From Dehalococcoidia bacterium (GTDB lineage Bacteria > Chloroflexota > Dehalococcoidia > Lucifugimonadales > Lucifugimonadaceae), in the NCBI GenBank assembly GCA_965204385.1, contig OZ241984.1, positions 2,644,984 to 2,708,983 on the forward strand: DNA of 64,000 nucleotides, read 5' to 3'. The number at the start of each line of letters is the position of its first letter. The first letter of the stretch is position 1. Positions 38,473 to 46,765 of the stretch are shown here, in pieces. Below the pieces are notes generated by a model. It did no database searches, had not been told where the DNA came from, and saw nothing but the letters and a program-made list of their open reading frames with translations. Both the position numbers and the translations under genes were made by a program.

Positions 38473-38478
38473 CCTCCT
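38473..38478 (-). promoter_or_regulatory. Shine-Dalgarno AGGAGG for the giant gene
   Basis: Plus strand 'cctcct', 10 nt upstream of ATG 38462 on the minus strand. Confidence 0.6.
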
Positions 38479-38711
38479 ATAGCCCAACGTCTAAGTCGGA
38501 TTCCCCAAGTTAGGTGATCCGCGCGTTCCTGTTCGGAGCTTCAGGATAGTACAGGATATCAAATCGTCTTAACTGCCTGTACATCTCCATATGCTGCGTA
38601 ATTGTTGAGTTCATATTTGTGTAACTCAACGTATAGTACAGCGCGAGTCTAGATTGCGCTGCGGGCGCGCTGTAAATGTCCATCCAGAGGGGCAGTGGGC
38701 GACGCGGCCAT

Positions 38712-38970
38712 TACGCGCCCCCTTCGTCCTTCTGCCACGTCGTAGCCGTAGTTACTCGGCGTGGCACATTTCCCCCGTGAGCGGGGGAAACCCGGCCGCC
38801 CTGCAACCCCGGGCATACCCCTGCGTTCGCTTCGCTCCCGCGTCCCCTTTCGCTTTGTCCTTCGGACATTTCCCCGTGATCGGGGGAGACCCGGCCGCCC
38901 TTCTGCCCCCGGGCATACCCCTGCGTTCGCTTCGCTCCCGCGTCCCCTTTCGCTGGGCGAAAGGGGACGG
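38712..38970. repeat. Mosaic intergenic repeat, family A, with internal ~110-bp tandem duplication
   Basis: The head 'cgcccccttcgtccttctgccacgtcgtagccgtagttac' is followed by two copies (38766-38854, 38876-38954) of 'acatttcccc.gtga.cggggga.acccggccgccc....cccccgggcatacccctgcgttcgcttcgctcccgcgtcccctttcgct'. Other copies lie at 44750-44938 and 51349-51472. Confidence 0.85.
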
Positions 38971-39255
38971 TGGTTGTAACGCCGCGCACCGCATCGGGTG
39001 TCCACGAGGGTTTGGCCCAGCGGTGTTTGTTGTTTGGTTGGGTTAGGGAAGGTTGATGGTGGTGCGGACGCGGTCGCCTTTGACGTTTTTGACGATGGTT
39101 GTCGGGGCACAACCAGCACCGGCACTCGGAAGAGTCGGCTTCGTGCCGCCTGCTACGCCGCGACGATGGCTGTGATGTAGGTTCTGAATAGGTTGCGGAG
39201 GCGCCATAACAAGCATTTTCTGCTGCGAATGCTCTGGTCGGCGTGAGGACGACGA

Positions 39256-41304
39256 TCAGAGCAGTTCTCTTCTGAAACTCTCGACCCATCGTCGCTGATG
39301 GTGTGGCAGACCGTTTACGCGCACGTCGAGGTCTATCGAGACGTGGAACGCGTCGCGAGTGCTGCGGACGTTGGCTGAGGTGTCAACATTGATCACGCCG
39401 TCGGTTCGGGTGATGGTCCTGAAGTGTTGCCCGATGGCCGTCGTATCGGCGGGGTCCCGATTGTTCGCCCACACCTCCAACTTCGATTCCATCTTTATGG
39501 TTATGTCGTTGCTGGCACGGTTCTCGTCGACACGGTGCAGCTTTAATCCGGTACGATCCCTTAGCAAGTCCTGCGTGATTTCCCATGGGATCAAATTGGG
39601 AGAGCTGACCGGATACTGAGTCGGGTTGGCGGACGGCTCGTACTGCATCTCGTCGGGCGGCAATTCGCCATCGGCGGCTCTCCGGGTTGGGACAACTGGG
39701 AGTTCGAGGTAGGACTCGTGCTCGTTGTCGCGGTAGATGCGGTTAGTTCCGTTGTACGGCGTTGGCCATAGGTTCGGAAAGTCGGCGCTGCTGATGGAAA
39801 GACGGACTCTGTGGCCGGGTTGGAATCTCCATGCTGTGGCATCAAGATCGATGTGCAGTTCGTAGGCTTCACCCGGCTTCATGGGCTCCGGGTCGGTGAG
39901 CGAGTTGCGACGAGTTCCGTTGAGTACGCCGATGGTGACTTGCGCGCTCTTACCGTCCGGGGCGACGTCTGAGAGACGGGCCACGAACGCCATTACCGGT
40001 GCGGTCGAGCTGGCGTGGATCACGGCCTTGCCCATACCGATGATTTCGAGCGGTTCATCCAATGGTTCGGAGGTGTAGTTCACCGAATAGATTTCGTCAA
40101 TACGCTGGTCGCCGGGCAAGCCATAAGGTACGCCCGCGCTCCAGAGACCGCCTGCAATGCCCACTGACGGTCGGTACTCGTACTCGTCATAATCGTCGCA
40201 GGCGTTAAAAGGATCGTTTGGACACAACTGGTCACCGAGATTAAACCGACGCGTCGAAGCGCCTGGGATGGGGAAAGACGGTTCGCATCGCCAGTAGCCG
40301 GAGGTGCGGGTGCGGAACGCATCCGGCACGTCGAATGTTTGGACGTAGACGTTGATATCAGGCTCGTCCATGATGCCGTTTTCGATGCCTTTGAGCCAGT
40401 AATCGCACCAACGGACTGTGAGATGCTCGCGCGCCAGCGATGGGCCCGGTGTTTCGCAGTCCGGGCCTGAGTGATTCCAAGGGCCGATGAGCACCTTGTT
40501 TGGAGCCGTCATGTGTTGTGATGTCCTGAGTGGCGAATTGCAGTAGCCGTCGCGCCATCCACCGATGAGCAGCGCCGATGCCTTGATGTCGTCGTAGCGG
40601 CCGCGAATGCTGCCGTCTCGCCAGTATTCGGAATCAGTTTGATTGGCGAGCCATGTTAGGAGGTAAGGAGTGTTCTGCTCGAGGCGCGCCTCCCAAAGCT
40701 CAGCCCATCTTTCTCCGCTGTACTCGGGGTACGGCGGCATCGAGTTCATGCCGATCATGGAGCATCCGTAAGCGCCGATGTCGTAATAGCAACGCCACGC
40801 TCCACCGCGATAGTGGCAATCGTCGGTGTATCTGTCATCGGTGTAGTTCCAAGGGATGATCGTCACGAGATGTGGCGGCGCCAAAGCCGCGACCTGCACG
40901 CTTGTGAACCCTCCGTACGAGCCGCCGGTCATGGCAACTTTGCCGTCGCACCAGTCCTGATCGGGGATCCACTCGACAACATCGAAACCGTCGCGCTGTT
41001 CGACAATGCGATACTCGTCGTCGTTCGCCCCTTCGCTAGAGCCAGTGCCGCGACAGTCGACACGTGCACCGATGTAACCGTGTTGCGCCCAGTGGTGTTG
41101 CATTCCCGTTAATGGTTGCTGGTCGTCTTTGCGGTACGGGATGTAGGTGAGGATGACGGGCCAGGGGCCTACGCCCTCTGGAATGTGAATGTCCATCGCG
41201 AGTTTGGTACCGTCACGAGTAGGTGCCATGATGTTTTTGACGAATCTGATGCCGTCTGCGCTGACCGCCATTGGTCGGACGCCAGAGTAGGTTTCGTTTG
41301 CCAT
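39256..41304 (-). CDS. CocE/NonD-family hydrolase (X-Pro dipeptidyl-peptidase S15-like)
   Basis: 'APTRDGTKLAMDIHIPEGVGPWPVILTYIPYRKDD', 'ARVDCRGTGSSEG', 'VAMTGGSYGG' (nucleophile elbow GxSxG) and a C-terminal beta-sandwich. ATG at 41304. Confidence 0.85.
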   Translation of the reverse strand: MANETYSGVRPMAVSADGIRFVKNIMAPTRDGTKLAMDIHIPEGVGPWPVILTYIPYRKDDQQPLTGMQHHWAQHGYIGARVDCRGTGSSEGANDDEYRIVEQRDGFDVVEWIPDQDWCDGKVAMTGGSYGGFTSVQVAALAPPHLVTIIPWNYTDDRYTDDCHYRGGAWRCYYDIGAYGCSMIGMNSMPPYPEYSGERWAELWEARLEQNTPYLLTWLANQTDSEYWRDGSIRGRYDDIKASALLIGGWRDGYCNSPLRTSQHMTAPNKVLIGPWNHSGPDCETPGPSLAREHLTVRWCDYWLKGIENGIMDEPDINVYVQTFDVPDAFRTRTSGYWRCEPSFPIPGASTRRFNLGDQLCPNDPFNACDDYDEYEYRPSVGIAGGLWSAGVPYGLPGDQRIDEIYSVNYTSEPLDEPLEIIGMGKAVIHASSTAPVMAFVARLSDVAPDGKSAQVTIGVLNGTRRNSLTDPEPMKPGEAYELHIDLDATAWRFQPGHRVRLSISSADFPNLWPTPYNGTNRIYRDNEHESYLELPVVPTRRAADGELPPDEMQYEPSANPTQYPVSSPNLIPWEITQDLLRDRTGLKLHRVDENRASNDITIKMESKLEVWANNRDPADTTAIGQHFRTITRTDGVINVDTSANVRSTRDAFHVSIDLDVRVNGLPHHQRRWVESFRRELL

Positions 41305-41486
41305 ATGCTTGTCACCAATCCCAAGGGTCGATGGCCAGAATATCGGCTTAAGCCGATTGTGACAATCCAAATGTCTGTAACGTGGGTCGCGGACTGAATT
41401 CTGAGGTCGTCGCTCGCTCACCGAGGCGTATACTGATGCGTGCCTCCGAAGGATCCGCCACATGCGAAGCGGTGAAGTTAGCCGAC

Positions 41487-42407
41487 ATGAGCGCCGACAT
41501 CAACGTCATCTTGACTATGGACTGCGAGCCCGCGCTGTTCGAATGCTCGCCGCTGGCGATCAAGCTATCCGGCACTGGTCCGGCTACGCACGAAGAGGGT
41601 GAGAGGTCTATCAGAGCCTATGCGGAGGCAGCCGATAAAGAAGGGTATCCGGTGACACTATTCGCGCACCCGGAAGTCGCCGTCGCTCAGACAGCGCTGT
41701 TGCTCGAATTACAGCAGGCAGGGGCGTGCCTCGGGATGCATCTTCATCCTTACAAGTTCGATCCTGTTCGGTATCCGCGGGACCTCGGCGCGTTCACGGC
41801 TGGAAAGCAAGCCGAGATGATCTCTGCCGCTTCGGAGGTGTGGTCGAATTCTCTAGGTCAACATCCGAGATTTTTCCGAGGCGGTGTCTATTCGGCCAAC
41901 GACGCAACGTTCGGTGTTCTCTTGGATCTCGGTTTCGAAGGCGGTAGTCTGTCGGTTCCGGGGAGAGTGTTGCCGAGGGCGATGGCGATTTGGGCGGGAG
42001 CGGAGCTATATCCGCACCGTGCCAACCTCTCGTTCCGACACATCAGCGGAGACAGCGATTTCATCGAGGTTCCGATGTCGTCTGATATATCGAGACCGAT
42101 GGACAGTGGGGAGCTGGGCGAGATTGGGTTCGAATGGCCGTATGTGGCATCGCAGAAGTACGGGCACGCAGCAATTGTGCGAAATGTGATCAAACGGGGA
42201 ATCAAGGATGGTGCCACCTTTCCGACGTACGTTACGAACACCCATCAAGACCAGGACTACGCAGATCCTGATCATCCGGCGAGTGTGAATTTACGGACGA
42301 TCTTCGCAACATTGCGCGAAACGGCGTTGGAATTTGGAATAGGGCTCAGCGGTCGTACGATTGCCGACATGTGCGACCTAGTACGTAGCAACGATTCTGG
42401 GGATTGA
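41487..42407 (+). CDS. Putative polysaccharide-deacetylase-like (CE4-like) hydrolase
   Basis: 'NVILTMDCE', 'VTLFAHPEV', 'LGMHLHPY' and 'FRGGVYSAND' resemble the divergent deacetylase fold. The call is weak and the start is uncertain (41382/41436/41487). Confidence 0.45.
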   Translation: MSADINVILTMDCEPALFECSPLAIKLSGTGPATHEEGERSIRAYAEAADKEGYPVTLFAHPEVAVAQTALLLELQQAGACLGMHLHPYKFDPVRYPRDLGAFTAGKQAEMISAASEVWSNSLGQHPRFFRGGVYSANDATFGVLLDLGFEGGSLSVPGRVLPRAMAIWAGAELYPHRANLSFRHISGDSDFIEVPMSSDISRPMDSGELGEIGFEWPYVASQKYGHAAIVRNVIKRGIKDGATFPTYVTNTHQDQDYADPDHPASVNLRTIFATLRETALEFGIGLSGRTIADMCDLVRSNDSGD

Positions 42408-42456
42408 CGCGATAGGTCCCCACGGCCACGAATCATCAGACAGGACATTTCCAGCC

Positions 42457-43872
42457 ATGACACGCATTCTCATCGCCGCATTCGATGGTCTCCAACCTTC
42501 ACAGGTTCGGGCTGATCTCGCGCCGAATCTTGCCGAATTTGCCAGTGGAGGTGTCACTTTTGCGAAGAACCACCCGGTTTTTCCTACTGTGACGCGGATA
42601 AACGTGGCTAGCTTGGTTACGGGTCGGCATCCGGGGGCACATGGACTAGCAGGCAACAATGTTGTGATGCGAGATTTTGACGCAAACAACGTGATTGAGG
42701 CGATGGAACCGGTGCTCACGCGGGTGGCGGAGAAGACAGGCGGAGTTTTGCTGGTACCGACTTTGGGGGACATCCTGCACCATCATGGCGAAGGTTTCGT
42801 GGCTGTCGGTGTCGGAACTTCAGGCAACGCGTATGTGCAGAATCCACGTGCTGAGACTTTGGGCGGTGCGACGATCCATCCAGAGTTTTGCCTTCCCAGG
42901 CGTTTGCATGACGAACTTGCCGACCGTTTTGGTCCGTGGCCAGAAAAGGAAACACCTAATGTGGCGCAGATGCGGCACGGCGCGGATGTGTTGACGGAGT
43001 ATGTGCTGGCAGAGCGTGATCCGGCGGTGGCGTTGATCTGGTTCTCGGAACCTGACAGCTCGAACCACAAGGCGGGTGTGGGTGCCGCGTTGTCTAACCG
43101 GGCGCTTGCGGCTGCTGATGAGCAGTTCGGGCGGATCATGGAGTGGCTGGATCGTGAAGGACGGTTGAGCGAGACTGATGTGTTCGTGGTGTCGGATCAT
43201 GGGTACGCGACGATCGAGAGTGTTGTGGACGTTGGGGCAGAGTTGAAGTCGGCTGGTTTTAGCGACGTTTTGGCCGCGGCGAACGGCGGTGGGGTGCTCT
43301 TTTATGCGCACGAATCCGATTCGGCGACTGTGGAGTGTCTAGCGACTTGGCTGAGCCGCCAGCCGTGGTGCGGTGCGTTGCTGGCTTCGGAACGCGTTGG
43401 AGATGTGCCGGGGACACTGCCCGCGAGCGTGGCGAATATCGAGGGGCCGAGGAGTCCTGATTTGACGATGGCGTTTAAGTGGAACTCGGCGCCCAACGAT
43501 GCCGGTTATCCGGGAAGCACGGTTTCTTGGGGAGGCGAAGTTGGTGTCGGAACGCATGGTGGGATGAGTAAACATGAGTTGCGGAACACGCTGATCGCGC
43601 GGGGACCGAGTTTCCGTAGATTGGCGGTGGTGGATGTGCCGACAGGGAATATCGATGTCGCTCCGACGATTCTGCATCTATTGGGACTCCAATGCGGCGA
43701 GGAGATGGATGGGCGGGTTCTGTACGAGGCGCTTGTTGGGAGTGATGAGTCAACAGAGGTTGAAAGTCGAACGGTGACGCACGTCGCTGAGTTGGGTGAT
43801 TACCGACAAGAGGTGAGTGTGACGACGGTGGGTGACACGGTCTATCTGGATGAAGGTACCGCTTTTCACTGA
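42457..43872 (+). CDS. Alkaline-phosphatase-superfamily enzyme (nucleotide pyrophosphatase/phosphodiesterase-like)
   Basis: 'ILIAAFDGLQPSQV...PNLAEFASGGVTF...FPTVTRINVASLVTGRHPGAHGL', 'SEPDSSNHKAG', 'VVSDHGY', 'GTHGG' (metal and nucleophile motifs). Confidence 0.8.
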   Translation: MTRILIAAFDGLQPSQVRADLAPNLAEFASGGVTFAKNHPVFPTVTRINVASLVTGRHPGAHGLAGNNVVMRDFDANNVIEAMEPVLTRVAEKTGGVLLVPTLGDILHHHGEGFVAVGVGTSGNAYVQNPRAETLGGATIHPEFCLPRRLHDELADRFGPWPEKETPNVAQMRHGADVLTEYVLAERDPAVALIWFSEPDSSNHKAGVGAALSNRALAAADEQFGRIMEWLDREGRLSETDVFVVSDHGYATIESVVDVGAELKSAGFSDVLAAANGGGVLFYAHESDSATVECLATWLSRQPWCGALLASERVGDVPGTLPASVANIEGPRSPDLTMAFKWNSAPNDAGYPGSTVSWGGEVGVGTHGGMSKHELRNTLIARGPSFRRLAVVDVPTGNIDVAPTILHLLGLQCGEEMDGRVLYEALVGSDESTEVESRTVTHVAELGDYRQEVSVTTVGDTVYLDEGTAFH

Positions 43873-43922
43873 TCCCCGCATTCGCGAGGATGACGACGCA
43901 TTGAGTCCAAATCAGGCAAGTT

Positions 43923-44222
43923 TTATCTGAAAGTTGCAAGGTGATATAAGTTCTTGCTGGAAATCGAACCTTCCTCGTAGCAAGAGAACCAATCGCCTGC
44001 GTTCGGAATGTTTGCCATATCTGCTTCAGCGTTTTTGGCAGCGTCCTTTGAATCCCAGTAGACGATGTCGGTGTAACTGCCATCACTCTCTTTATGAATT
44101 TCCCACTTGACGAAGCCTGGCTGTCGGCGCATCCAACTTTCCAAGACATCACGCGCAACCTCCAATAGCCGGTCGTCAGATACATTTTCCGCGAGCCGAT
44201 AGCTGATTACATCTTTGTACAT
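43923..44222 (-). CDS. Small ABM/Dabb-fold-like protein
   Basis: 99 aa. 'FVKWEIHKESDGSYTDIVYWDSKDAAKNAEA' resembles the antibiotic-biosynthesis-monooxygenase-like ferredoxin fold. Translationally overlapped with the upstream ORF. Confidence 0.5.
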   Translation of the reverse strand: MYKDVISYRLAENVSDDRLLEVARDVLESWMRRQPGFVKWEIHKESDGSYTDIVYWDSKDAAKNAEADMANIPNAGDWFSCYEEGSISSKNLYHLATFR

Positions 44223-44581
44223 TTCGTGCCTCCCTGATCGTGTTTCAGTCTCAAACGCCTAATCTCTTCGTCAGTTAATCGCTCATCAGGTTTCACCGTA
44301 GTCTCTTCGATTAGTTCCAGTGCAAACTCGCGGTTGGTTAGCCACTCCCAACGATCGGCATTAACGGGGCTTGGATGTGGACGCACGTCATCTGGCCCAA
44401 TTGCTTCGGAAATCGAATAGAGGTAGCCGGGCATCGAGCCGTCGTGCTTGATTTCGCCCTCGTCCGACCAAGACACGATTGAAGGTCGATGGGAGAACGC
44501 CTTTGCGACGTTCTTGTTTCGTGTGACTGAACTCCCTGGCCGGAGCCTCGAAAACCGTTGTTGTGATCCGTGGAACCACAT
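44207..44581 (-). CDS. Hypothetical protein, possible Arr-like ADP-ribosyltransferase fold
   Basis: 'WFHGS..R...L.PGSSVT' and 'PGYLYSISEAIGPDDVRPHP' resemble 'FYHGT...L..GDLLT' and 'GYIYIVEPTGPFEDDPN' of rifampin ADP-ribosyltransferase (from memory). Confidence 0.4.
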   Translation of the reverse strand: MWFHGSQQRFSRLRPGSSVTRNKNVAKAFSHRPSIVSWSDEGEIKHDGSMPGYLYSISEAIGPDDVRPHPSPVNADRWEWLTNREFALELIEETTVKPDERLTDEEIRRLRLKHDQGGTKCTKM

Positions 44582-44659
44582 ACCACTGTCAGTTGTAATT
44601 CAGCGTCGGCACTGTTTGGATGATTGATCCTACCAGCGTACTCAGGTCTGCCCAACACG

Positions 44660-44938
44660 AACGTTTGTCCTTTTCGTAAGACGAAAGGGGCGCGAGCGCA
44701 GCGAGCGGGGTATGCCCGGGCGGATGGGGCGGGCAGGCAAGGCGGCGACGCGCCGCCTTCGTCCTTCTACCACGTCGTAGCCGTAGTTACGCTGTGTGGC
44801 ACATTTCCCCGGGGAGCGGGGGCAACGCTGCCTCCCGTCCGCCCCGGGCATCCCCTGCGTTCGCTTCGCTCCGCGTCCCCTTACGCTGAAGCGAAGGGGA
44901 CGGTGCACTGGCGACCACGAGGGATCGCCCCTACGAGA
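44660..44938. repeat. Mosaic intergenic repeat, family A copy preceded by an inverted partial unit
   Basis: 44750-44938 aligns with 38712-38860. 44667-44728 is the reverse complement of the 'cccgggcataccc...gcgtcccctttcg' module. Confidence 0.8.
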
Positions 44939-44967
44939 TGATGAGGTGTGTAGATGTTTGCAACTGG

Positions 44968-45984
44968 TTAGAAGTCGTTGCGGACTTTTACTGTGTTGCC
45001 GGTGCGGAGGGATTCCCAGCAGGCTAGGCCGGTTGAGACGACTTTGGCTCCTTCGCGGACGCCGACCCAGGGTTTTGTGCCGTTTAGGACGCAGTCGGCC
45101 ATGTGGCGCATCATGATGATCATCTCGCCGTGGTGGCCGCGGTGCGGGGGCATGTGGGTGTGGTACTCGCGTTCTGGGAGGTTGCCTTGAGGATCGAGCG
45201 TCTTTACGTTGTTGCGTATCGTTCCCTTGGTGCCGAACACGGTTACGGAGTTCATCCGCGCTCCGCCGGGGCGGACCATGCCGCACTGATTTGCCACGCG
45301 TCCGATCTTCCCGCTTGTGAACTTGACGTTGATGAAGAAGCAGTCCTCCTGCGGGTATTCCGGCGCGACGCCGCTGCGCAGACCGACGCAATGGACTTCG
45401 TCGATGTCGCCCATAAACCACCGCAGAGCGTCTATCGGATGGCATGCGCCACCCAGGATGAGGTCTTGCGGCATCTGATATCGCCATGGTGTTCTTTTGT
45501 AGACGGGTCGCAGATCGTGGACGTAGTCCGCCTCTGCCATGAACAGTTCACCGATCTCGCCTGCATCGCAAGCTCGTTTGGCGTCGATAAGGTCCAGACG
45601 TCCACGCATAGACTGCGATACCAGAAGCACTTGGCCGGTGCGATCCACGGCTTCGACTACGCTCTCGATCTCGCCCATCGTGTAGACCATGGACTTGGTG
45701 ACCATGACATGTTTGCCGTTTTCGAGTGCGGTGATGATTTGGCGGGCGTGGAGAGGGCCTGGGGTGTATATGCCGATGATGTCGAGGTCGTCGCGTGCGG
45801 CCAATTCGTCGAAATCGTTGGTGACCGCATCGATACCGTGCTCTCTAGACGCCGATTCGAGCCGGTCTTCATTGATGTCGCACAGCGCCGTCACCCGGAT
45901 CGGCAACTCGTGTTCGGGATTGTTGGCTTGCAGCAACGTATCTCCGTGGCCCAGCCCGGCCAGTCCCATCCTAAGTGTGGTCAC
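44968..45984 (-). CDS. Gfo/Idh/MocA-family NAD(P)-dependent oxidoreductase
   Basis: 'LRMGLAGLGHG' Rossmann N-terminus, 'GKHVMVTKSM' (EKP-like motif region) and a C-terminal alpha/beta domain. Confidence 0.85.
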   Translation of the reverse strand: MTTLRMGLAGLGHGDTLLQANNPEHELPIRVTALCDINEDRLESASREHGIDAVTNDFDELAARDDLDIIGIYTPGPLHARQIITALENGKHVMVTKSMVYTMGEIESVVEAVDRTGQVLLVSQSMRGRLDLIDAKRACDAGEIGELFMAEADYVHDLRPVYKRTPWRYQMPQDLILGGACHPIDALRWFMGDIDEVHCVGLRSGVAPEYPQEDCFFINVKFTSGKIGRVANQCGMVRPGGARMNSVTVFGTKGTIRNNVKTLDPQGNLPEREYHTHMPPHRGHHGEMIIMMRHMADCVLNGTKPWVGVREGAKVVSTGLACWESLRTGNTVKVRNDF

Positions 45985-46549
45985 GTCCGCTCTCCTTTAG
46001 TTTTGCAATCACGGCATCCCAGCGTTCAGGCATGTCGCTCCTATTCATAACAGGTTTGAAGCCCATCGAGAGGTAAACGTGGATCGCGGGCAGCCTCCAG
46101 TCGTCGGTGCCGAGCTCGATCGTAGTACAACCGCGAGACACGAGAAACTTGGCCACCGCCGTGCATGTGGCCTTTCCCAAGCCTTTGCCTCGGTGGTCCG
46201 GGTGTGTCACTACAAAGTCAAGAATGCCGACATCCGACGGTTTGCCGCCGGCGAGATCCTGATTGTGGGGTTGGTTGCCGATCCTTGAGGCGAACGTAGC
46301 GGCTACGATCTGTCCGCCGTGCTCTGCGAGACTCGATCCCTCTCTGCGCTCCGGGTTCTCCAAGTAATCCAGCACCCGTGCCTCTGTCCAGTCAGTGAAT
46401 CCGCCTTGACGGAGCGCGTCGGCCCAACTCGGAACATCACCGGATCGGTATGGGCGCAAAGCGTAACCGGTCGGCACGACAACATCGGGCAATCGGCATA
46501 CCGCTTCCTTTTCAATGACCATACGGAGTTGTTTAGGAGGGAGGGTCAT
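45971..46549 (-). CDS. GNAT-family N-acetyltransferase
   Basis: 'VVTHPDHRGKGLGKATCTAVAKFLVSRG' is acetyl-CoA-binding motif A (R/Q-x-x-G-x-G/A). 14-nt overlap with the downstream oxidoreductase. Confidence 0.85.
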   Translation of the reverse strand: MTLPPKQLRMVIEKEAVCRLPDVVVPTGYALRPYRSGDVPSWADALRQGGFTDWTEARVLDYLENPERREGSSLAEHGGQIVAATFASRIGNQPHNQDLAGGKPSDVGILDFVVTHPDHRGKGLGKATCTAVAKFLVSRGCTTIELGTDDWRLPAIHVYLSMGFKPVMNRSDMPERWDAVIAKLKESGRDHT

Positions 46550-46640
46550 TGTCGGATGAAGTGGTCTCTTTTGAACTGGGATGGGCGGGATTGGAATGAT
46601 GGACTGTGATTTGAGGCGTGTCTGGTTGGCCTGCGGGTGA

Positions 46641-46765
46641 GTTGCAGGTTTCGGTTGTTTGGTTGGGGGGACGACCGCAAGGGTTCGCCCCTACGGGTGG
46701 TTTACGGGCACCCTCACCCTAGCCCTCTCCCATCAAGGGAGAGGGGATTGTGGGATTGGTTTTTC
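46641..46765. repeat. Composite intergenic repeats
   Basis: 'gttgcaggtttcggttgtttggttgg' matches 1732-1757. It also holds the hairpins 'ggggacgaccgcaagggttcgcccc' and 'ccctctcccatcaagggagaggg', and then the 'gattgtgggattgg' motif also seen around the GxxExxY gene. Confidence 0.65.

Noticed and set aside
29691-38513. Dozens of 60-400-aa ORFs on the plus strand and in alternative minus frames, for example 31509..32723, 32888..34030, 34655..35650 and 35847..36647.
   Set aside because: These are shadow ORFs of a GC-rich repetitive gene. They are Arg/Pro/Gly-rich, have no motifs and nest wholly inside the 8.9-kb coding frame. The same applies to 13339..21274 inside the first giant gene.
38712-38970. 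Possible CRISPR array, suggested by tandem ~90-110-bp units and the palindromic 'cccctttcgct...gcgaaagggg'.
   Set aside because: There are only two units, the sequences between them are themselves repeated elsewhere (44750, 51349), there is no regular repeat-spacer periodicity, and no cas genes are in the window.
8969-39000. A defined integrative element with attL/attR bounded by a repeat of the tRNA-Ser 3' end.
   Set aside because: I could not find a second copy of the tRNA 3' segment in any intergenic region of the window, so only the left junction is supported. The right boundary is not called.
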